A DNA stretch of 64,000 nucleotides from Candidatus Segatella violae (GTDB lineage: Bacteria > Bacteroidota > Bacteroidia > Bacteroidales > Bacteroidaceae), in assembly GCA_002440225.1 (NCBI GenBank), contig DJSH01000006.1:21258-85257 (forward strand), in the 5' to 3' direction. The notes beneath the pieces were generated by a model. It saw only the letters and a program-made list of their open reading frames with translations. It had not been told where the DNA came from and searched no databases. A program made the position numbers and the translations under genes. Each line of letters begins with the position of its first letter. Positions within the stretch are counted from its first letter, which is position 1. Of the stretch, positions 11,438 to 26,167 are shown piece after piece.

Positions 11438-11483
11438 AACTGAACGTTTGATATAGACGGTAAGGTTTAGAATAGTTATATGG

Positions 11484-11523
11484 AAAGGGCTGCTTCTTCT
11501 TTATGGTTGAAGCAGCCCTTTTT
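11484..11523. terminator. Intrinsic terminator between convergent genes
   Basis: AAAGGGCTGCTTC / GAAGCAGCCCTTTTT stem. Confidence 0.8.
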
Positions 11524-11585
11524 CACGATTTACATCCTTATTTAGTAGATTATTAAACTATCAAATAAGCTTTGCTATGTTTATC

Positions 11586-12938
11586 TTATAGCAAAGGAAC
11601 CATATACAGTGGCAAATATACAATCCCATTTTCTACTTTTAAATCGGCGGTATGTACCACATAGGGAGTTGAGAGATAATTGGCGTACTTTTTGATGCAT
11701 TTGCTCAAAGATGTAGTAGTGTATCTTATAGTGGACTTGACCTCTATGGGTGATATGTTGTGACGGGATGTTATCTTGCTTTTGGCAATCAGAAAATCTA
11801 TCTCCATTCTGAAATCTTTGTTTTCTCTGTCATTATTGGAGTAGAAAAACAAATGATGACCTGCTGCTGTAAGCATCTGGGCTACGATATTCTCAATGAG
11901 CATGCCGGCGTTCATCTCCAGTTTGTCTTTTAGTATCTTCTGGTATAGCTCTTCTGTAATGATGCCACGCTCGTCAAAAGCATGGCTGATGAGCAAGCCT
12001 GTATCTGCCATATAGCACTTTATGGTGGAATCTTCTCTCTTCATATTAAGTCCGATGCTCGGCTCGGTAGTGTTATAGCACATGTTGAGAATCATGGCAT
12101 CTTTCAACCATAGGAATGCACTGTCATAATCACGCATCCTTGCATCTTTGCTTAAGTCTGCAAGCTTGAATTTCTTCTCGTGTTTTTGTAGCTGTGAAGG
12201 AATTTGGTCGAATATGCTTGCTACTTTTTCGGCATAATTGCCTGCATAGTCATAAATACTGTTTCTGTATAATGTAAGTATTTGCCTTTTCACTCTATCC
12301 GTGTCTTCGAAACTATGTGTGTCTATGTATTTCTGGACAGCTTGCGGCATACCGCCAACTATCAAATATAGTCTGAAGAAGTCCATAGCCTTGCGATGCA
12401 AAGTTTGACCTAATGGTTGTTTGTTGGAGAATTGGTTTCTGATGAAGTCCATTGTCATCTGGTCTCCATTTGCCCACAAAAATTCCTCGAAATCCATAGG
12501 GTACATATAGATTGTTTCCTCTTCCGAAGGAATGAGTATGTTTTCTGTGTTTCTTCGGATAGAGATTAACGAACCTGTTTCAATATAGTCGTATCTGCCG
12601 TCAGCAACCAAATATTTGATTGCGGTACGTGCTCGTGGACAAAATTGAACCTCATCAAAGATGATGAGCGAATCTCTAGGATATAACTTCTTGCCGCTAT
12701 AAATGCTCAGGTGCATAAATAGCATATCAAGATTGTCGAGATAGATGTCGAACAGGTGTTTGACATCTTCCCCGACTCTGTTAAAATCGATAAGAATATA
12801 GCTGCGATATTCTTTCTTGGCAAATTCCTCTACCACATAGCTTTTTCCTACGCGTCTTGCCCCCTCTATCATCAGAGCAGTTTCACCTTTCCTTTGTAGC
12901 TTCCATTCGACAAGCTTATTGTATATTTTCCTTTTCAT
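11586..12938 (-). CDS. AAA_14 ATPase with DUF4143 C-terminal domain (PD-(D/E)xK-like)
   Basis: Walker A GARRVGKS, Walker B IIFDEVQ, ETGS, YPMDFEEF, GGMP, YMADTGLL, ENIVAQ, EIDF...PIEVKS. ATG at 12938 (MKRKIYNKL) is preferred over TTG at 12968. Confidence 0.9.
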   Translation of the reverse strand: MKRKIYNKLVEWKLQRKGETALMIEGARRVGKSYVVEEFAKKEYRSYILIDFNRVGEDVKHLFDIYLDNLDMLFMHLSIYSGKKLYPRDSLIIFDEVQFCPRARTAIKYLVADGRYDYIETGSLISIRRNTENILIPSEEETIYMYPMDFEEFLWANGDQMTMDFIRNQFSNKQPLGQTLHRKAMDFFRLYLIVGGMPQAVQKYIDTHSFEDTDRVKRQILTLYRNSIYDYAGNYAEKVASIFDQIPSQLQKHEKKFKLADLSKDARMRDYDSAFLWLKDAMILNMCYNTTEPSIGLNMKREDSTIKCYMADTGLLISHAFDERGIITEELYQKILKDKLEMNAGMLIENIVAQMLTAAGHHLFFYSNNDRENKDFRMEIDFLIAKSKITSRHNISPIEVKSTIRYTTTSLSKCIKKYANYLSTPYVVHTADLKVENGIVYLPLYMVPLL

Positions 12939-12978
12939 CGTATATGTAATCAGTAAATAGTGTTGCAAAATATGTTGT

Positions 12979-13065
12979 TTTACACGAAAACAAGATTATC
13001 GTCTGTGGAATTTTACACGAAAACAAGATTATTGTTTGCGGAAATTTACACGAAAACAAGATTAT
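12979..13065. repeat. Three copies of a 21-bp core TTTACACGAAAACAAGATTAT at exact 33-bp period
   Basis: Cores at 12979, 13012 and 13045; 12-bp linkers CGTCTGTGGAAT and TGTTTGCGGAAA. Confidence 0.95.
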
Positions 13066-13073
13066 CTCGGTTG

Positions 13074-13104
13074 CAAAGATACTAAAAATATTGTTGTGTG
13101 CAAA
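13074..13104 (-). promoter_or_regulatory. Bacteroidota housekeeping promoter for the AAA/DUF4143 gene
   Basis: Minus strand TTTG (13101-13104)-N19-TATCTTTG (13074-13081). Confidence 0.75.
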
Positions 13105-13298
13105 ATTAATGAATCATTATTTCGCTAGGAGAAAGGGGAAAATGGATGTTTCACACAAAATTGCGGTGCAATATGTTCGATTTTTCCGTTCTTTTTCACG
13201 ATTTCCGTCCTCATTTTACCGATTATTGGACTATTGTGTCTGCTTTATTGCCTACCTTTGCACTCGACAACAAGCAATAAGGAATTAATAACTTAATA

Positions 13299-14432
13299 AT
13301 GTCAACAACAATGAATAAACTATTCACTTTACTTATGTTGATGATGGTGTCGGCTCTGCCTTCACTAGCGCAAGCTCCAATGGACGGCGGTGTATGGAAG
13401 GACAATACCGGCAAGCATATCAATGCGCACGGTGGCAACATCTTCAACTACAAAGGTACCTACTATTGGTACGGCGAGAGTCGATCGGAGGATGGCAAGC
13501 CTTACAGCTCGCTCGGCGTAAGTTGCTTTACATCGAAAGACCTCAAGTCTTGGACCAACCACGGCTTGGTGCTCCCTGTATCCAAGGAAGCAGGTTCTGA
13601 CATTGAGGGCGGTTGCATCATCGAGCGTCCTAAGGTGCTCTTCAATAAGAAGACACAGACCTTTGTGATGTGGTTCCACCTCGAATTGAAAGGCAAGGGT
13701 TATGCTGCCGCTCGCTATGCAGTGGCTACCAGCAAGACTCCATTCGGACCTTTCAAATTCGTTCGCTCGGGCAGAGTGAATCCAGGACTTTATCCTATCG
13801 GATTCGCCAAGCCAGACACCACCGACCTCAAGCATCAGCTTCTCTTCCCTGAGATGAAGAAATGGTGGACCCCAGAATGGCGCAAGCAGATAGAGCGAGG
13901 CATGTTCTGGATGCGTGACTTCGAGGGAGGACAGATGGCTCGTGATATGACCATCTTCATCGATGACGACGGCAAAGCGTATCATATCTATTCTTCCGAG
14001 GACAACTTGACGCTCCAGATAGCTCAACTCACCGATGACTACATGCAGCACAATGGTTCCTATGTTCGTGTGGCGGCAGGAGGACAAAACGAGGCCCCAA
14101 CAATCTTCAAGCAGGATGGCACTTACTGGATGATAACCAGTGGATGTACGGGATGGGCACCGAATGCGGCACGTATGTTCAAGGCGAAAAACATCTTTGG
14201 CCCTTGGGAGGAGTTGCCTAACCCTTGTCGTGGTGAAGGTGCCAACAAAACCTTCGGCGCGCAGGGTACCTATATATATAAGGTGGAGACCGTTGCCCAG
14301 AAGAAGATGTTCCATGGAGCCGACTATGTGTTTATGGCGGATATGTGGAATCCGAAGCATTTGAGCGACAGTAGACACCTTTGGATACCGATTTCTTGGG
14401 AAAATGGTGCTCCAGTGTTGAAAAAACAATAA
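13299..14432 (+). CDS. GH43 glycoside hydrolase, subfamily 24-like (exo-beta-1,3-galactanase type)
   Basis: Signal peptide; INAHGG, YYWYGE, IERPKV, ARDMT, EAP and SGCTGWAPN motifs. TACCTTTG -7 box at 13253-13260. Confidence 0.8.
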   Translation: MSTTMNKLFTLLMLMMVSALPSLAQAPMDGGVWKDNTGKHINAHGGNIFNYKGTYYWYGESRSEDGKPYSSLGVSCFTSKDLKSWTNHGLVLPVSKEAGSDIEGGCIIERPKVLFNKKTQTFVMWFHLELKGKGYAAARYAVATSKTPFGPFKFVRSGRVNPGLYPIGFAKPDTTDLKHQLLFPEMKKWWTPEWRKQIERGMFWMRDFEGGQMARDMTIFIDDDGKAYHIYSSEDNLTLQIAQLTDDYMQHNGSYVRVAAGGQNEAPTIFKQDGTYWMITSGCTGWAPNAARMFKAKNIFGPWEELPNPCRGEGANKTFGAQGTYIYKVETVAQKKMFHGADYVFMADMWNPKHLSDSRHLWIPISWENGAPVLKKQ

Positions 14433-14566
14433 AATATACGGTCGTTCTGCTTGTTTCTGACTAATTTTTCATATATTTGCAGTTCGAATGCTGAATTTTA
14501 TTCAGTGTTTCGCAACTTGCATTCGTATAACTATCAAATAAACATTTTACAAACTCACAACTATCT

Positions 14567-15844
14567 ATGAATTATATATATAAAGGTATCATGATGACCA
14601 TCCTCTTGGCTCTTATCCCTTTCATGGGAATTAGTGCTGCCAAGAAAAAAGTCGTACAGCAGAGCGACCGCCAATATTGGTGTGCGCTAGCCTACAAAAT
14701 GGCTCAGCCTGTTTTGGAGAACATGGCGAAGGGTGAACTTCAGAAGAATATGCAGACCGAATTCAGCCCAAGCTTCGACAACCGCAACAAGAAGGTGCTC
14801 TATATGGAGTGCTTCGGACGATTGATGGCGGGTGTGGCTCCTTGGCTCACACTCCCAGATGATGAGACCGCCGAGGGCAAACAGCGCAAGCAGCTACGTG
14901 AGTGGGCCTTGGCTTCTTACAAGAATGCCGTTGACCCTCAGAGTCCAGACTATCTCTGCTGGGGTATCGGTGGACAGAACTTGGTGGATGCCGCTTACAT
15001 AGCCGAGAGCTTCCTCCGTGCATACGATACCTTGTGGAAACCATTGGACGAGGTGACCAAGCAGCGTTACTTGACCGAGTTTGCCAAGCTTCGCCACATC
15101 GACCCTCCATACACCAACTGGTTGCTCTTCTCTTCTACCATCGAGAGCTTCATGGCAAAGGCGGGAGGCGATTACGACCAGTATCGTGTTAACTCGGCTT
15201 GCCGCAAGATGGAGGAGTGGTACGTAGGAGACGGATGGTATTCTGACGGTCCAGTCTTTGCCTTCGACTATTATAGCAGCTATGTGTTCCATCCGATGTA
15301 CTTGGAGACCCTTCAGGCAATGATAGATGCCAAGGCGAACACTCGTCTCGACTATCAGAAGTATTATGACCGAGAGTTAAAACGTTGTCAGAAGTACAGC
15401 ATCATTTTGGAAAGATTCATCTCTCCAGAGGGAACCTTCCCTGCATTCGGTCGCAGTATCCCTTATCGTATGGCAACGATGCAGCCACTTGCCTTGTTGG
15501 CTTGGTATCAGAAATTGCCTAGCGATTTGAGTAATGGCCAGGTGCGTGCAGCCCTCACCAAGGTGTTGCATCGTATGTTCGACCAGGAGAACAACTTCAA
15601 TGAGAAGGGCTATCTGAGCATCGGCTTCTGCGGAACCAACCAGAAGAATGTAGCTGATTGGTACACCAACAATGGTTCGCTCTATATGACAACTCTCGCC
15701 TTCATGCCTCTTGGCTTGCCAGCCAACCATCCTTTCTGGACGGATGCAGCACAGCCTTGGACACAGGTGAAGGCCTGGAACAACCAACCATTCCCTAAAG
15801 ATCACCAGTGGAAGGACGAAATCGGAACTTCCGATAAATGGTAA
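14567..15844 (+). CDS. DUF2264 / GH154-like beta-glucuronidase
   Basis: MECFGRLMAGVAPWL, LVDAAY, NWLLF, WYVGDGWYSDG, FDYYSS, GRSIPYR and YTNNGSLY are typical of DUF2264. Confidence 0.75.
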   Translation: MNYIYKGIMMTILLALIPFMGISAAKKKVVQQSDRQYWCALAYKMAQPVLENMAKGELQKNMQTEFSPSFDNRNKKVLYMECFGRLMAGVAPWLTLPDDETAEGKQRKQLREWALASYKNAVDPQSPDYLCWGIGGQNLVDAAYIAESFLRAYDTLWKPLDEVTKQRYLTEFAKLRHIDPPYTNWLLFSSTIESFMAKAGGDYDQYRVNSACRKMEEWYVGDGWYSDGPVFAFDYYSSYVFHPMYLETLQAMIDAKANTRLDYQKYYDRELKRCQKYSIILERFISPEGTFPAFGRSIPYRMATMQPLALLAWYQKLPSDLSNGQVRAALTKVLHRMFDQENNFNEKGYLSIGFCGTNQKNVADWYTNNGSLYMTTLAFMPLGLPANHPFWTDAAQPWTQVKAWNNQPFPKDHQWKDEIGTSDKW

Positions 15845-15871
15845 CAAAAAGCATTATTTAAAGCAAGAAAA

Positions 15872-20381
<4,510 letters not shown>

Positions 20382-20446
20382 AGAATAATGATGGGAAAAG
20401 CACGAAAATGATAGGATTATAACCAAAATCCAATATATTTAGACAG

Positions 20447-20485
20447 AAAATCCACCTCTTATAGGGTGGATTTTTTGTATCTTTG
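20447..20485 (+). terminator. Terminator of the GH2 gene overlapping the -7 box of the GH51 promoter
   Basis: AAAATCCACC / GGTGGATTTTTT stem, followed by TATCTTTG at 20478-20485. Confidence 0.65.
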
Positions 20486-20568
20486 CAACCGAGATGATGT
20501 TACGATAAATAATGTGTCTCGCAAGATAATGGTAAATATAAACCTATAAAACAATAATAACAGCAGAT

Positions 20569-22509
20569 ATGAGAAAAGCTAAAATTTTCGCAGCCGCATT
20601 GTTGGCGATGTCTTCGCTCGGAGCTTTCGCCCAGCATCAGTTTGCAGTTCAGGCCAACAAGCCTGGTGTAGAAATCCAACCTACCATGTATGGTATCTTC
20701 TTCGAGGATATCAATTTCGGCGCGGATGGTGGTCTCTATGCAGAGATGGTAGAGAACCGCTCGTTCGAATTTCCTCAGCGCTTGATGGGATGGAATACCT
20801 TCGGTAATGTAACCGTCAATGATTTGAAGCCGGCCTTCTCTCGCAATCCTCACTATGTGACATTGGAGAGTGCGGGCGCTCGTGAGAAGCAGACGGGTCT
20901 TGAGAACCATGGCTTCTTCGGCATGGGCTTGAAGAAGGATATGAAGTATGACTTTACAGTCTATGGTCGTCTGCATCTCGTAGATGGCAAGAAAGGCAAG
21001 ATACGTGTGGAACTCGTCAATTCCAAGAACGATGTCATTGCCAAGCAGACCATCGACATCACTAATAATAAGTGGCAGAAACTGACAGCCACCTTGACTT
21101 CTCCTCAGACCGATGCCAAGGGTTTGCTCAGAGTATATTTGGAGAAAGGTAGCGAGAGCGTTGACCTCGACCATGTCTCTCTCTTCCCAGAGGATAACTG
21201 GCATGGTCTTCGTGCCGACCTCGTTCAGGATCTCGCCGACCTTCACCCTGGTGTGTTCCGTTTCCCTGGTGGATGTATCGTGGAGGGTACCGACCTCGAC
21301 ACTCGCTATGAATGGAAAAACTCAGTGGGTGCTCCAGAGAACCGTCCATTGAATGAGAACCGTTGGAGAGATACCTTCCCACATCGCCTCTTCCCTAACT
21401 ACTATCAGTCTTTGGGATTGGGCTTCTATGAGTATTTCCTTCTCTCGGAGAAAATTGGCGCAGAGCCATTGCCGATCCTTTCTGTGGGTTTGGCTTGCCA
21501 GTATCAGAACGACGACAACGATCCTAATGCTCATGTGGCAGTGAAGGATCTCCAGAGCTATATCGACGATGCACTCGACCTCATCGAGTTTGCCAATGGT
21601 CCTGTTACCTCCAAGTGGGGCAAGCTCCGTGCCGACATGGGTCATCCAGCTCCATTCAACCTCAAGCAGATTGGTATCGGTAACGAGCAGTGGGGACCTC
21701 TCTATCCGGAACGTCTCCAGGAGTTTATCAAGCAGATTCGTGCCAAGTATCCTAAGATGAAGATTTGCGGTTCATCTGGTCCTTCTGCCGATGGCAAGGA
21801 TTTCGACTACGGTTGGGAGCAGATGCGCAAGTTGAAGACCGACCTCGTGGATGAGCACTACTATAAGAGCCCAGAATGGTTCCGTACCAATGCCAACCGC
21901 TACGACAACTACGACCGCAAGGGTCCTAAGGTCTTTGCCGGTGAGTATGCCGCTCATGCCAAGAACGATCCTAACTCTTGGGAGGCAGCACTCTCCGAGG
22001 CAGCCTTCATGACAGGCTTAGAGCGCAATGCGGATGTGGTTTACCAGGCAACCTACGCTCCTCTCTTCGCTCATGTAGAGGGATGGCAGTGGCGTCCAGA
22101 CCTCATCTGGTTCGACAACTTGAGTTCTGTTCGCTCGGCTAACTATTATGTTCAGCAGCTCTATGGCTTGAACAAGGGTACCAACGTGTTGAAACTTACC
22201 GAGAATGGCAAGGCTGTCGAGGGCAAGGATGGTCTTTATGCCACCGCTTGCTACGACAAGAACACCAAGAGCTATATTGTGAAGATAGCCAACACCTCCA
22301 ACGAGGAGAAGGAAATCAATGTCACCTTCAATGGCTTGAAGAGTTTGAAGGCAGGTAAGTTGACTTTGCTTCATGCCGACAATTTGCAGGCAGAGAACAA
22401 GATAGACAACAAGAATGTTGTAGTGCCAGTGGTTTCCGATGTACAGGCACAGGGCAATGTGCTGAATGTGAAAATGAAGCCAAACAGCTTTGCTGTGTAC
22501 CGCTTCTAA
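20569..22509 (+). CDS. GH51 alpha-L-arabinofuranosidase
   Basis: GIFFEDINFGADGGLYAE, RFPGGCIVEG, IGNEQWG, DEHYY, GEYA, ERNADVV..TYAPLF. Confidence 0.92.
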   Translation: MRKAKIFAAALLAMSSLGAFAQHQFAVQANKPGVEIQPTMYGIFFEDINFGADGGLYAEMVENRSFEFPQRLMGWNTFGNVTVNDLKPAFSRNPHYVTLESAGAREKQTGLENHGFFGMGLKKDMKYDFTVYGRLHLVDGKKGKIRVELVNSKNDVIAKQTIDITNNKWQKLTATLTSPQTDAKGLLRVYLEKGSESVDLDHVSLFPEDNWHGLRADLVQDLADLHPGVFRFPGGCIVEGTDLDTRYEWKNSVGAPENRPLNENRWRDTFPHRLFPNYYQSLGLGFYEYFLLSEKIGAEPLPILSVGLACQYQNDDNDPNAHVAVKDLQSYIDDALDLIEFANGPVTSKWGKLRADMGHPAPFNLKQIGIGNEQWGPLYPERLQEFIKQIRAKYPKMKICGSSGPSADGKDFDYGWEQMRKLKTDLVDEHYYKSPEWFRTNANRYDNYDRKGPKVFAGEYAAHAKNDPNSWEAALSEAAFMTGLERNADVVYQATYAPLFAHVEGWQWRPDLIWFDNLSSVRSANYYVQQLYGLNKGTNVLKLTENGKAVEGKDGLYATACYDKNTKSYIVKIANTSNEEKEINVTFNGLKSLKAGKLTLLHADNLQAENKIDNKNVVVPVVSDVQAQGNVLNVKMKPNSFAVYRF

Positions 22510-22516
22510 CCAAGAT

Positions 22517-22559
22517 AAGACAATCCCTTGTGGCTTTTAGCTGCAAGGGATTGTCTTTT
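22517..22559 (+). terminator. Intrinsic terminator ending the PUL
   Basis: AAGACAATCCCTTG / CAAGGGATTGTCTTTT. Confidence 0.8.
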
Positions 22560-22773
22560 GTGCCAGATTTCGTGTTTATTCGTTTTGTACGGGTGATTAA
22601 GTGATTTTATTTTGTGCTTATTTTTATTCTGTCTCTGATTATTCTCTGATTTGTGGCGTGTAAAAATAGGATTTTAACTTGAAAGATTTGCCTTTTTGGC
22701 GAATTTTTATTATATTTGCACTCAATATGGAAAAGTAAATGTATCACAACCAACATAAACACGTATAGATATA

Positions 22774-24129
22774 ATGAGTATTAGAAATAACTTTGGAATG
22801 AGGTGCTTCACCCTGTTTGCTGCTATTTTGGTATTTTCTACTTCGGTCAATGCACAGAGTAGGAAGGGGGGCGCCAAAAAAAAAGTGGTTAAGAAAGTGG
22901 TGGTGAAAGACAATGTCGCTGCCGAGGAAAAACAGCAAGACAACAAGGCTGTTACGTTGCCTATGCCCCCACAGACGGCTAAGCCAGTTGTGGTGGATAC
23001 AGTGGCGACGCCATCTCCGGCACCTGTTGTCCCTCAAGACCGTGTGGACACCATCTATTACAACAAAAACTGGAAGGTGACTAGCAACAAGGCTTTCGCC
23101 AGCTATTGTCGCTTGGCACTCTATCCAGCCAACGTATCCATGACCAAGGAGTTCAAAACCTATTATATCAGCGGTGAACTGCAGAGCGAAGGAAGCTTCT
23201 TGGAACTCGATAAGGCCGATGACTCCAACAGCAAGTTTACCGACCAGTTTGTGTCTTATTTTAAGGATGGACAGGTTGAGGAATCGAAGAACTACGTTGA
23301 TGGCAAGTTGCAGGGCGAGTACACCATCTATTATAACAATGGAAACATCAAGAAGCATTTCTTTGTCAACGATGGACTGCGAGACGGCTTGTATGCGGCA
23401 TTTACCGAAGATGGAAAGGTGTGCGAGCTCACCCCTTACAAGGCCGACAAGCCCGAGGGCTTCTACGTCATCGTGGATGCCGACGGTAACTATTCTAAAT
23501 ATAGCATCGTGGACAAGCAGCCTGTGTTGGAGGCTCCTACGCTAGAAGAGGTGTCTACTGAGTATAAGAATGGCGTAGCTTGGCCTTACTACAACAAAAA
23601 TGGGCTCATCGTAGGTGCCAGCAATTCCATCACCAGCAATATCGGCGACTATCGAGAAATCGGCTTGTTCATTGTCAACAAGAGCATGATCAATGTAGAC
23701 ATCGACCCACGACAGATTGAGATTTACTCCCTCAAGAACAACAAGCGTAAGAACTACGAGTTGGTCTCTACCGAAGAATACAACGAGAAGATAAGAAAGT
23801 ATACCAAGAAGAATGCTGTGCTGGGAAGTGTGCGTGAGGCTTCGGTCAACGCCAACTTGGGCGCCAAGGTGTTTAACGCTGGTACTTCCGATACTCTCAA
23901 GGAGTTTCAAAAGCGTATTTGCCGCATGCGTAAGCTCGACGAGAGTACTCGCATGAAGTTTACCGACAAGGAACCTGAGGATTTGGGCTACTTGGAGCGT
24001 ACCACCGTGCATCCGGGAGAGGCGGTGACGGGGTATCTCTACACCTCCGACAAGAAAGCCGTAGACCTCTACGTGAAGGTAAAAATCAATGGTATCGACT
24101 ACCTCTTCAACTGGAAGCAGGGCAGATAA
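22774..24129 (+). CDS. Exported MORN-variant repeat (YwqK-like) protein
   Basis: Signal peptide, Lys/Pro-rich linker, then repeats such as YYISGELQSEG, YFKDGQVEESKNYVDGKLQGEYTIYYNNGNIK and DGLRDG. Confidence 0.65.
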   Translation: MSIRNNFGMRCFTLFAAILVFSTSVNAQSRKGGAKKKVVKKVVVKDNVAAEEKQQDNKAVTLPMPPQTAKPVVVDTVATPSPAPVVPQDRVDTIYYNKNWKVTSNKAFASYCRLALYPANVSMTKEFKTYYISGELQSEGSFLELDKADDSNSKFTDQFVSYFKDGQVEESKNYVDGKLQGEYTIYYNNGNIKKHFFVNDGLRDGLYAAFTEDGKVCELTPYKADKPEGFYVIVDADGNYSKYSIVDKQPVLEAPTLEEVSTEYKNGVAWPYYNKNGLIVGASNSITSNIGDYREIGLFIVNKSMINVDIDPRQIEIYSLKNNKRKNYELVSTEEYNEKIRKYTKKNAVLGSVREASVNANLGAKVFNAGTSDTLKEFQKRICRMRKLDESTRMKFTDKEPEDLGYLERTTVHPGEAVTGYLYTSDKKAVDLYVKVKINGIDYLFNWKQGR

Positions 24130-24138
24130 GCATCTCTT

Positions 24139-26160
24139 ATGAAACACATAGGTTGGTCTCTTTTGGCAATATTCTTGCTCTTGGCATCTTGCAGTGGCGG
24201 TCGTCGCCATGTACTGCAGAATGCCAGGAAGGGTCAGCTTGCGTCTCTGTCTAGTCTCGACGACTCGCTGAAAAAGCAATCACCGCACGTCCGCAGGTTG
24301 ATAGGGCAGGGGATGGCTTCCGCAGAAGACAGTCTCACCTATTATGAGTATTATGTGAGGATGGGGCAGTATTTCTGTCTCTCATCCACCCCCGACTCCA
24401 TGGTGGAATACATCGACCGCACCATCGACTTCGCCAGTCGTCAACCCAAGTCGCCTCGGCTTTGTTCGCTCTTGGCTTATGCCTACAATTGTCAGGCAGC
24501 CAACTATCACAACTTTCATAAAAACCTAGATGGACAGGTGAAACTTTACCGCATGGCTTGCGAGTATTCGCTCCAAAGCGACATCAAGGAGCAGACTCCC
24601 AAGATTTGCGCCAACCTAGGCGATGCCTATGTCTCGAAAAACCAATTGCCAGAGGCGGCGGTTTGGTATCGGCGCGCACTCTTCCTCGTCGACTCCCTCC
24701 AGTTGCCCCGCAAGGAGAACATCACGCTCTACATGGGACTTGCTACCATCTATCAGCAGCTCAACGACTTCGCCACCTCGCTGAAGTATTTCCAACAAAC
24801 GGAACGCTACTTCGACGAGATGCCGCTCAACATGCAGGCTTACTATCTCAACAACTACGGCAACTACTATTATTACAAGAAAGACTATGCCAACTCGCTC
24901 AAGAAGTTTCTCTTGATGAAGCAACTCTTGGAGCATCATCATAAGACCGATACCTTCGACATGTATCTGTGCAAGCTCAACATGGCGGATGTGTACCTCA
25001 ACCTCGACTCCATCGCCCTCTCAGAAAAATACCTCTCAGAGGCAGAACCATTCATGACTGCCAACCATGACCTCGTGGCGGTGTACTACTGCAATACCAT
25101 CCACATCGGACAAGAGGTGAAGAAGGGAAATATGGCTGCTGTTTCTGTTATTCTGAACAAGGAAAAGACGGAATTTCCCGACCGCAAGGACAGCGACATC
25201 GCCTTCAACCTGCGACAGATACGCAATCATTATTTGCGGGAATATTACAAGGCAAAGGGAGATTTCCGCTCTGCCTATCTCAATCTGAAGGCCGACCAAG
25301 CCATGATCGACTCGCTGGAACACAACCGTGTGAACATGCGAGCCTCCGAGGTGATGGAGCGATTCACACAAGATACGCTCCGACTGCACCATAGCTTAGA
25401 GATGGAACACAAGACGGCTGAGGTAAGAAAGGCAAACCTGATAGCTCTGGCTGCGGCGGCTATCGTACTGCTGGTGGGCTTGGCATTCGTGCTTAAGTGG
25501 TTGCAGTCGCGCAGACGTTTGGAAGAAGACAAGTTGCGCATCATGCAGCTCAAGTTGGCAAGTGCTCGCAACCGCATCTCGCCCCATTTCGTGTTCAATG
25601 TGCTCAACAACAAGATTGTGAATGCTGGGCAGCAGGAGGCTAACGAACTGCTGGCACTCACCAAACTGATAAGAGCCAACCTCGACATGTCGTGTCGCTT
25701 GGAAGTGTCGCTGAATGAGGAATTGGAGTTTGTGAATCAGTATGTAGAGGTGGAGAAATATCTGCTGGGTGATGATTTCAGTTACCATCTGGAGGTGGCT
25801 CGGGATGTTCCGCTCGGCCAAATATTCCTGCCGTCGATGTTTGTGCAGATATTGGTGGAAAATGCTTTTGTCCACGGTCTCAAAGGCTGGGATGGAAGCA
25901 AACTGCTTCAGGTGAAGGTAGACCAACTCTTGGATGGCTCCATCCAGATAGCCGTAATAGACAACGGACCAGGCTTCGACATCCGCAGCGTGGGCAAAAA
26001 ACGTACCGGTCTGAACATCATAACCCAGACCATCACCATCTTCAACGAGCACAACCGAGGCAGGGGCAAGATGACCTTCTCCCTTCGCAACCTAACCGAT
26101 GCCGATGGTAAGGTGACGGGGTGCGAGTCGAGACTCTCTATCAACAAGAAAACTATATAA
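24139..26160 (+). CDS. LytS/YehU-type sensor histidine kinase with TPR-like extracytoplasmic domain
   Basis: N-terminal LASC, helical TPR-like repeats, one TM helix, ISPHFVFNVLN H-box, ILVENAFVHG, DNGPG, TGL. Confidence 0.85.
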   Translation: MKHIGWSLLAIFLLLASCSGGRRHVLQNARKGQLASLSSLDDSLKKQSPHVRRLIGQGMASAEDSLTYYEYYVRMGQYFCLSSTPDSMVEYIDRTIDFASRQPKSPRLCSLLAYAYNCQAANYHNFHKNLDGQVKLYRMACEYSLQSDIKEQTPKICANLGDAYVSKNQLPEAAVWYRRALFLVDSLQLPRKENITLYMGLATIYQQLNDFATSLKYFQQTERYFDEMPLNMQAYYLNNYGNYYYYKKDYANSLKKFLLMKQLLEHHHKTDTFDMYLCKLNMADVYLNLDSIALSEKYLSEAEPFMTANHDLVAVYYCNTIHIGQEVKKGNMAAVSVILNKEKTEFPDRKDSDIAFNLRQIRNHYLREYYKAKGDFRSAYLNLKADQAMIDSLEHNRVNMRASEVMERFTQDTLRLHHSLEMEHKTAEVRKANLIALAAAAIVLLVGLAFVLKWLQSRRRLEEDKLRIMQLKLASARNRISPHFVFNVLNNKIVNAGQQEANELLALTKLIRANLDMSCRLEVSLNEELEFVNQYVEVEKYLLGDDFSYHLEVARDVPLGQIFLPSMFVQILVENAFVHGLKGWDGSKLLQVKVDQLLDGSIQIAVIDNGPGFDIRSVGKKRTGLNIITQTITIFNEHNRGRGKMTFSLRNLTDADGKVTGCESRLSINKKTI

Positions 26161-26167
26161 TATAATA

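Noticed and set aside
12979..13065. CRISPR array interpretation of the 33-bp repeats
   Set aside because: The linkers are only 12 bp and resemble each other, there are just three units, and no cas genes were seen.
12912..13065. Minus-strand open frame across the repeats (IILFSCK x3)
   Set aside because: It has no ATG, is out of frame with the ATPase, and an open frame is expected when the period is a multiple of 3.
22866..22884. G6/A9 tracts as a phase-variation switch
   Set aside because: The tracts are short, the frame is intact and they are explained by Gly/Lys codons; there is no evidence without read data.
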